Assembly: GCA_021325135.1 (NCBI GenBank)
Contig: JAJPHT010000032.1
Coordinates: forward strand, 1 to 49,301
DNA from: Pseudomonadota bacterium
GTDB taxonomy: Archaea; Thermoplasmatota; SW-10-69-26; JACQPN01; JAJPHT01
Direction: 5' to 3'
DNA length: 49,301 nt
Every line of letters starts with the position of its first letter. Within the stretch, counting starts at the first letter, position 1. A model generated the notes under the pieces. That model had not been told where the DNA came from. It saw only the letters and a program-made list of their open reading frames with translations, and did not search any database. Position numbers and translations under genes: made by a program. Of the stretch, positions 44,083 to 49,301 are shown one piece after another.

Positions 44083-44187
44083 GCGGCCTGGTACGCCGAC
44101 GGGAGCGAAATAGGCTGCGCTGTGACCGGGCGGGTCTATACAGCCTCTCGCTAGAGAGATTATCACGCTCCGATCCGTCGGGCCCGC

Positions 44188-44682
44188 ATGCACGTCCGCG
44201 GACCCTGCATGGGACTCGCCCTCCTGCTCCTCCTCCCGCTGGCCTCGGCCCACACGGGCACGTACCTCGTGTACCGGGACCTCTTCGGGAACCGGGAGTG
44301 CTACTGGGCCTTCGTGGACCTCGAGGCGCCGTGGAACGCCCCCGACTACAGCCTGGGGCCGTGCCAAGGGCGCAGCTTCCAGGACGGGACGCCGATCGTG
44401 GACTCCTACGTGATCTCCACCAACCCTCCCGACCCCCTCCCCGTCGACGGCACGGCCGTGGGCCCCTCGACGCAGATGCTCACCTTCGGCGTGGACGGCC
44501 CCTACTTCACCATCTGCACGACGCTGGACCCGCAGAACCCCCAGTCCGCCTTGCCCAGCCAGAACTGCGACGGCGGCGGCTGCAACCTCATCGACATCGT
44601 GAAGGGCTGCGCGGGGAGCTTCGACGGCTGGGGGGCCATCGGCGGCAGCTCGGACCCCCTCACGTGGCTTTCTCACAAGTGA
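44188..44682 (+). CDS. Secreted 6-Cys protein divergent from the regulator
   Basis: LALLLLLPLASA signal; TTATCA about 23 nt upstream; alternative start at 44209. Confidence 0.78.
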   Translation: MHVRGPCMGLALLLLLPLASAHTGTYLVYRDLFGNRECYWAFVDLEAPWNAPDYSLGPCQGRSFQDGTPIVDSYVISTNPPDPLPVDGTAVGPSTQMLTFGVDGPYFTICTTLDPQNPQSALPSQNCDGGGCNLIDIVKGCAGSFDGWGAIGGSSDPLTWLSHK

Positions 44683-45658
44683 CGTAGGTCCAGGTGGCCT
44701 CGAAGCGCTCGCGGCCGCCCAGCACGGCGCGCAGCGCGCGCCCCATGATCTCCTGCCGGTCGCGGACGGCCTCCGCGGTGGGCGCCTGCCCCTCCACGCG
44801 CTCGCTGCCGCCCACCCACCCCAGCACTCCTTCGTGGTAGACGCGCAGGAAGTCCAGCCACTCGTCCAGCCTGGCGGAGACGGGGCGCGCCTTCACGTCG
44901 ACGACGCGCAGGCCCGCCTTCTCAAAAGCCTCCAGGTAGTGCGAGAGGGGGCGCGGCGGGAGGAAGAACTTCTCCCGCAGCGCCGCGTGGGCCGCCATGC
45001 GCGCCGGGTCGTCCAGCGCGGGGCGGTATGCCGCGAAGCGCGCGTCCTCGCGCACGATGCGCTGCGCCTCGCCCTGGATGGCCGCCACGGTGTCGTCGAT
45101 GATCCAGCTCCCCTCGGGCGCGCGCGGGTTGCGCACGTTGCCCGACTGCACGAAGACGCGCCCCTCGGGGCGCAGCACGCGCGCCCACGAGCGCAGCGTG
45201 TCCACGAGGTCGTAGTAGAGGTGGATGGCGTTGGTGCTCACGACGGCGTCCACGCCGCGGGAGAGCAGCGGCGCGCCCAGCACCTCGTCGACCATCTCCA
45301 GCCGGCGCTCCTCCTTGAGGTAGCGGATGAGGCGGAACGCGACGCGCTCCTCGCCGCGAAGCTTCTCCAGCGAGAGGGCGAGGAACTTGGGCGACGAGTC
45401 GACGTTCACGACGCCGAAGGGGCGCTCCGGCATCGCCCGCAGCAGCCGCTCGATGAGGATGCCCGTGCCGCCGGAGTAGTCCACGAGGACGTGGCCGGGC
45501 CGGGCGAACGCCACGATCTCCTCCACCGTGGGGTCGAGGTTCGCGTACCAGCCGTGCTTCTCCACGGCGTCGTACTTCACGGCCAGCGCGTCCAGGGGCG
45601 CGCGCGTCCAGTCCTCGTCGGGGATGCGGACGAAGCCGGGGGGCCAGGGGGCGCGCAC
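44660..45658 (-). CDS. Class I SAM-dependent methyltransferase
   Basis: LVDYSGGTG, NVDSS, STNAIHLY, RVLRPEG. Confidence 0.88.
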   Translation of the reverse strand: MRAPWPPGFVRIPDEDWTRAPLDALAVKYDAVEKHGWYANLDPTVEEIVAFARPGHVLVDYSGGTGILIERLLRAMPERPFGVVNVDSSPKFLALSLEKLRGEERVAFRLIRYLKEERRLEMVDEVLGAPLLSRGVDAVVSTNAIHLYYDLVDTLRSWARVLRPEGRVFVQSGNVRNPRAPEGSWIIDDTVAAIQGEAQRIVREDARFAAYRPALDDPARMAAHAALREKFFLPPRPLSHYLEAFEKAGLRVVDVKARPVSARLDEWLDFLRVYHEGVLGWVGGSERVEGQAPTAEAVRDRQEIMGRALRAVLGGRERFEATWTYVTCEKAT

Positions 45659-45695
45659 GGCCGCGGAGCGCGGTGCGTCCGCAAAAGGGCGCGGG

Positions 45696-47282
45696 TCAAG
45701 GCGAGGCCGCTTCCTCGGCGGGCGGGACCGCGTGGAAGCGCTGCGGCCGGCCGCCGTCGCCCCGCACGAGGCCCACCTCCGAGAGGCGCGCGAGGTGGTA
45801 GGAGACGAGGCGCTGCGAGAGGGCGGTCGCCTCGACGATGTCCGCCTGCGTGGCGCCCGCGCCCGAGGAGGCGGTGGCGTCCAGCACGCGGCGGCGCGTG
45901 GGGTCCTTGAGCGCGACCTTGGCCGCAAGCTCCTGCTCGCCGGGGACTCCGCCGGGGGAGAAGTAGGCGACGAGGCGCCCGCGCGTCCGGGGGACGACGA
46001 GCCCGTGCGCCTCCAGCATGCGCAGGTGGTGCTGGAGCACGACGCGGCCGATGCCCGTGGCGCGCGCCAGCTCCGAGACGTGGAGGCCGGGCCGCTCGCG
46101 GATGAGGGCGAAGAGCGCGCGGCGGCTGTCGTTCTCCAGCACGCGGGCGCGCGTGACGCGCGTGTAGAGGCTGGCCAGCGCGCCGGTCTTCACGGCGAGG
46201 CCGAGGATGAGGAGAAGCACGAGGCCACCGAGCGCCGCGGCCGCGGCGGGCGCCTGGGCTTCCAGAGCGGGGGCCACGGCGACGCCGTCCAGCCAGAGGT
46301 CGCCCGAGCCGGAGAGGTCGCCCGCGTCGCGCGGCGCGAGGGTGTCCTGCGGGCGCGCGTGGGGGCCGTCCATCGCGTCGACGGGGGCCACGTCAAGGGC
46401 CAGCGTGCCTTCCATGCGGACGGAGCGGCCGCCAAGCTCCTGGCGCGCGCCGTCGACCTCGGCCCACCCTTCCGCGTGGGGCGAGGCCAGCGAGCCGCCC
46501 AGGTCGACGAAGAGCGAGGGCGCGACCAGCGTCGCGGGCGTCCCGGGCGGCGCGACGAGGCGCGCGCCGGTGAGCTTGAGCCGGAGGATGCGAAGCTCGT
46601 AGTCGCTCTGGACGCCCGCGATGGGGAGCGACGTGCTCTCGTGGCGGCCCGTCCAGACGGGGGTGTCCCCGGTGGCGTTGTGGAGGGTGCCCGTGGCATT
46701 GTCGAGGAGGAGGGTGAGATCGCCGGTGGCGAAGGGCTGGCGCCCCGGCGACGCGAAGGCGCCCTCGGCGGGGGACTCGGAGAACGAGCGGCCCGAGCGG
46801 AGGATGGGCGTCTGCACGGTGGAGCCCATGCCGAAGACCCAGCCGCCGGGCTTCTGCGCCTCGTGGAGGGGGCCCGAGGCGTTTCCGGTGATGCCGATCG
46901 TGCCCGGGCCGGCGGCCAGGAGCGCGATGGTGCAGGGCGACGCGCACGCGAGGCCCGAGAGCGAGCCGGGACCCACGTCCACGGGCTCGTCCACCCAGGT
47001 GGTCCCCTTCCCCACGTCCGGGTCCAGGTCTCCAGGGTAACGCTTGCCCTCCAGGACGGAGAAGCTCCCGGTGGCGCCCTCCCAAGTGAGGGTGAGGGGG
47101 ACGCCCGCCAGCGCCGCGGCGTCGAGGCTCAGCGCGCCCGCGCTTGCCGACGCGGAGCCGGAGCCCGAGAACGAGGCCGGATCGTCGAACCAGAGGTGCC
47201 CGCGGAGAGAGGCCGCCTGGGCGCCCGGGACCAGCAGAAGCAGGGCCAGCGCCACCGCCCCCGTACAGTCCACCGTTCTCAT
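45696..47282 (-). CDS. Membrane-anchored double-wHTH regulator (paralog of 42466-44082)
   Basis: Signal peptide, GLACASPC domain, TM, LYTRV..QHHLRMLE, LSQRLVSYHL. Confidence 0.88.
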   Translation of the reverse strand: MRTVDCTGAVALALLLLVPGAQAASLRGHLWFDDPASFSGSGSASASAGALSLDAAALAGVPLTLTWEGATGSFSVLEGKRYPGDLDPDVGKGTTWVDEPVDVGPGSLSGLACASPCTIALLAAGPGTIGITGNASGPLHEAQKPGGWVFGMGSTVQTPILRSGRSFSESPAEGAFASPGRQPFATGDLTLLLDNATGTLHNATGDTPVWTGRHESTSLPIAGVQSDYELRILRLKLTGARLVAPPGTPATLVAPSLFVDLGGSLASPHAEGWAEVDGARQELGGRSVRMEGTLALDVAPVDAMDGPHARPQDTLAPRDAGDLSGSGDLWLDGVAVAPALEAQAPAAAAALGGLVLLLILGLAVKTGALASLYTRVTRARVLENDSRRALFALIRERPGLHVSELARATGIGRVVLQHHLRMLEAHGLVVPRTRGRLVAYFSPGGVPGEQELAAKVALKDPTRRRVLDATASSGAGATQADIVEATALSQRLVSYHLARLSEVGLVRGDGGRPQRFHAVPPAEEAASP

Positions 47283-47401
47283 GCGCCTCGCCTCGGGGGC
47301 GGAGGCCTCCTGCGACAACAAAAGCGCTTCGGACGGGCCCCGCCGAAGCGGAAACGATCGGCAGAGAATCCTTATCAGGTGGCGCAGCGAGCGGGCGCCG
47401 C

Positions 47402-47974
47402 ATGGTGGAGGCTTTTGGTCGTGGAGCGGTCGTCGCCTTGGCGATCCTCTCCTGCGCGCTGCTCATGCCCGGGGCCTTCGCGGACGCGGGCGTCCACAGC
47501 TCCTGCGTGGACGTCTCGACGGGCGACAAGGGCCCCCAGGTGGACGTCCAGACCTACCCCGACGGCTGCCCCCCCTCCTTCGTCATCCCCGTGGACGGCG
47601 GCTGCGTCGTCGTCGCCCAGCGCGGCGGGACGTTCATGGCCGAAGGGTCCTACGGCTGCGTGAACGCGCTCCTCCCCAACGTCGTCTTCACCTCGACGCC
47701 GCACCTGATCCACTCCACGGGCGACGTCTGCACGCCCAACGACACCGCCTGCTGCCAGGGCAACAGCATCCCGTGCACGGCCGGCCAGATCGCCCAGGGC
47801 GTCCTGGACGAGGTCCAGGGGCACGTGGGCGCGCCGCTGGGCGACGGCGGCTTCTGCTTCATGTTCAACGCGACGTGGCACCCGCCCTACACGTTCGACT
47901 CCGAGCACACCTGCGACGACCCGGGCTCCGACTCGCAGGAGCTCCCCGTCTTCAGCGTGACCCTCGTCCCCTGA
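47402..47974 (+). CDS. Secreted 10-Cys protein divergent from the regulator
   Basis: Signal peptide (GAFA-D); TTATCA about 25 nt upstream; ends SVTLVP. Confidence 0.8.
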   Translation: MVEAFGRGAVVALAILSCALLMPGAFADAGVHSSCVDVSTGDKGPQVDVQTYPDGCPPSFVIPVDGGCVVVAQRGGTFMAEGSYGCVNALLPNVVFTSTPHLIHSTGDVCTPNDTACCQGNSIPCTAGQIAQGVLDEVQGHVGAPLGDGGFCFMFNATWHPPYTFDSEHTCDDPGSDSQELPVFSVTLVP

Positions 47975-48165
47975 GCACACGCGATCCATCGGAAGCGGAC
48001 GCAGCGGGGCTGCGGAAGGTCGCGAACGCGGGCGGATCGATGGGGTTATCCCGACCGCGTGGCTTGCTCGTGGGCGTCCGGCGCTCCCAGGCGTCCCGGA
48101 CTCGCGGGGTGTCCATCCGCTTGTGCGCGCGAGCGCGCGCTCCGCGCCGGCCCCCCGGTTCTTGA

Positions 48166-48233
48166 CCACCATATGTTGTGCATCGAACCGAAAGGAAGAA
48201 AAGACCGTAGCTGCTCACCACCATTCCTTGTGG
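48166..48233 (+). promoter_or_regulatory. Two NrdR boxes
   Basis: CCACCATATGTTGTGC (48166-48181) and CCACCATTCCTTGTGG (48218-48233) resemble acaCwAtATaTwGtgt; upstream of nrdR-nrdJ. Confidence 0.75.
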
Positions 48234-48270
48234 TGCGCGGTGCGACGCGCGCCCGGGAAGGGACCGACCG

Positions 48271-48795
48271 ATGAACTGTCCGGCCTGCGACTGCCACGAC
48301 ACGCGCGTCATCGACTCGCGCGAGACCAGCGACGCCCGCAGCGGCGTCGCCGTGCGCCGCCGCCGGCAGTGCGTCGCGTGCGCCAAGCGGTTCACGACCT
48401 ACGAGCGCTACGAGCGGCCCGACCTGCGCGTCGTCAAGCGCGACGGGCGCGTCGAGGACTTCGACCGCGACAAGCTGGAGGTCGGCGTCCTCAAGGCGTG
48501 CGAGAAGCGGCCGATCCCCCGAGAGGAGATCGTGCGGCTCTTGGACACCGTCGAGGAGAAGCTGCGCGCGCTGGACGCGCCCGACGTGCCCTCGACGGAG
48601 ATCGGCGCCATCGTGCTGGAGGGCCTGAAGGCCCTCGACCCGGTGGCGTACCTGCGCTTCGCGAGCGTCTACAAGTCGTTCGCCGACGCGGAGCACTTCG
48701 AGAAGGAGCTCAAGCAGCTCCGCCAGGAGACGCTGGCGGAGAGCCTGGAGAAGGCCCAGGCGCGGGAAGCCCCGCGCCGGGGGACCAAGCGTTGA
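48271..48795 (+). CDS. nrdR: Transcriptional repressor NrdR
   Basis: CPAC..TRVIDSR..RRRRQC..C..RFTTYE, ATP cone, VAYLRFASVY. Confidence 0.97.
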   Translation: MNCPACDCHDTRVIDSRETSDARSGVAVRRRRQCVACAKRFTTYERYERPDLRVVKRDGRVEDFDRDKLEVGVLKACEKRPIPREEIVRLLDTVEEKLRALDAPDVPSTEIGAIVLEGLKALDPVAYLRFASVYKSFADAEHFEKELKQLRQETLAESLEKAQAREAPRRGTKR

Positions 48796-48819
48796 ACGTG
48801 GATGGGGATTGAAGGAGTG

Positions 48820-49301
48820 ATGAGGGTGGCCAACGCCAACGTGCAAGCCGAGCTGCGATCGAACATGCCGGGAGACCTTCCCGAGCCGAAGGTCACGCCC
48901 AACGCGCTGAAGGTGCTGGAGAAGCGCTACCTGGGCAAGGACCGCAACGGCAAGGTCGTGGAGAACGCCAAGCAGATGTACTGGCGCGTCGCGGAGAACC
49001 TCGCGCAGGCGGAGCGCCGCTACGCGGCGGCCGGGCACGCGGACGAGCACCACGTCACCGCCGTCGCGCGGGACTTCTACGTCCTCATGTCGCAGTCCAA
49101 GTTCCTCCCCAACTCCCCCACGCTCATGAACGCGGGCCGCGAGCTTCAGCAGCTCTCCGCGTGCTTCGTGCTCCCCGTTCCGGACGACGTCCCCGGCATC
49201 TTCGAGGCCATCAAGCAGCAGGCCATCATCCACAAGACGGGCGGCGGCACGGGCTTCGCCTTCTCGCGCCTGCGCCCCAAGAACGACACGGTCGGCAGCA
49301 C
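48820..49301 (+). CDS. nrdJ: Class II (B12-dependent) ribonucleotide reductase, N-terminal part
   Basis: NALKVLEKRYL, FLPNSPTLMNAGR, QLSACFVLP, GGGTGFAFSRLRP; AAGGAG SD; runs off the window end. Confidence 0.9.
   Translation, partial: MRVANANVQAELRSNMPGDLPEPKVTPNALKVLEKRYLGKDRNGKVVENAKQMYWRVAENLAQAERRYAAAGHADEHHVTAVARDFYVLMSQSKFLPNSPTLMNAGRELQQLSACFVLPVPDDVPGIFEAIKQQAIIHKTGGGTGFAFSRLRPKNDTVGS

Noticed and set aside
44083-44187. Nested imperfect IRs suggesting an ncRNA in the divergent gap
   Set aside because: Short GC-rich stems are expected by chance or from symmetric divergent promoters; the pattern is not mirrored at 47283-47401.
47975-48160. Cobalamin riboswitch upstream of nrdR-nrdJ
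   Set aside because: No B12-box or GGGAA/GCCACTG elements found; the NrdR boxes explain regulation.

Overview
Very GC-rich archaeal chromosomal window. RadA, archaeosine TGT, UPF0147, RPA and a PGF-CTERM sorting signal identify it as archaeal; bacterial-type NrdR, ETF and NadA suggest a soil/freshwater Thermoplasmatota-like lineage (inference). Housekeeping genes: rtcB (partial), radA, RPA, tgtA/queD/queE (archaeosine pathway), nadA, dps, etfB/etfA, nrdR and nrdJ (partial). No rRNA, tRNA, CRISPR array or transposase was recognised. Most notable features: (1) three signal-peptide + extracellular-domain + TM + double-wHTH one-component regulators, two of them head-to-head with unrelated small secreted proteins carrying even numbers of Cys, and next to a paralogous 8-Cys pair; (2) a GxxExxY PD-(D/E)XK nuclease gene enclosed in perfect 57-bp inverted repeats; (3) four copies of a REPIN/MITE-like palindromic doublet with constant-length variable spacers; (4) an NAD-kinase/wHTH fusion with an altered GGDG motif and a strongly minimised NadB-like flavoprotein; (5) a synonymously recoded duplicate of the queE 3' end flanking a small hairpin insert. 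All family calls come from motif recognition by eye; no searches were run. Many starts were moved downstream of the supplied ORF track.
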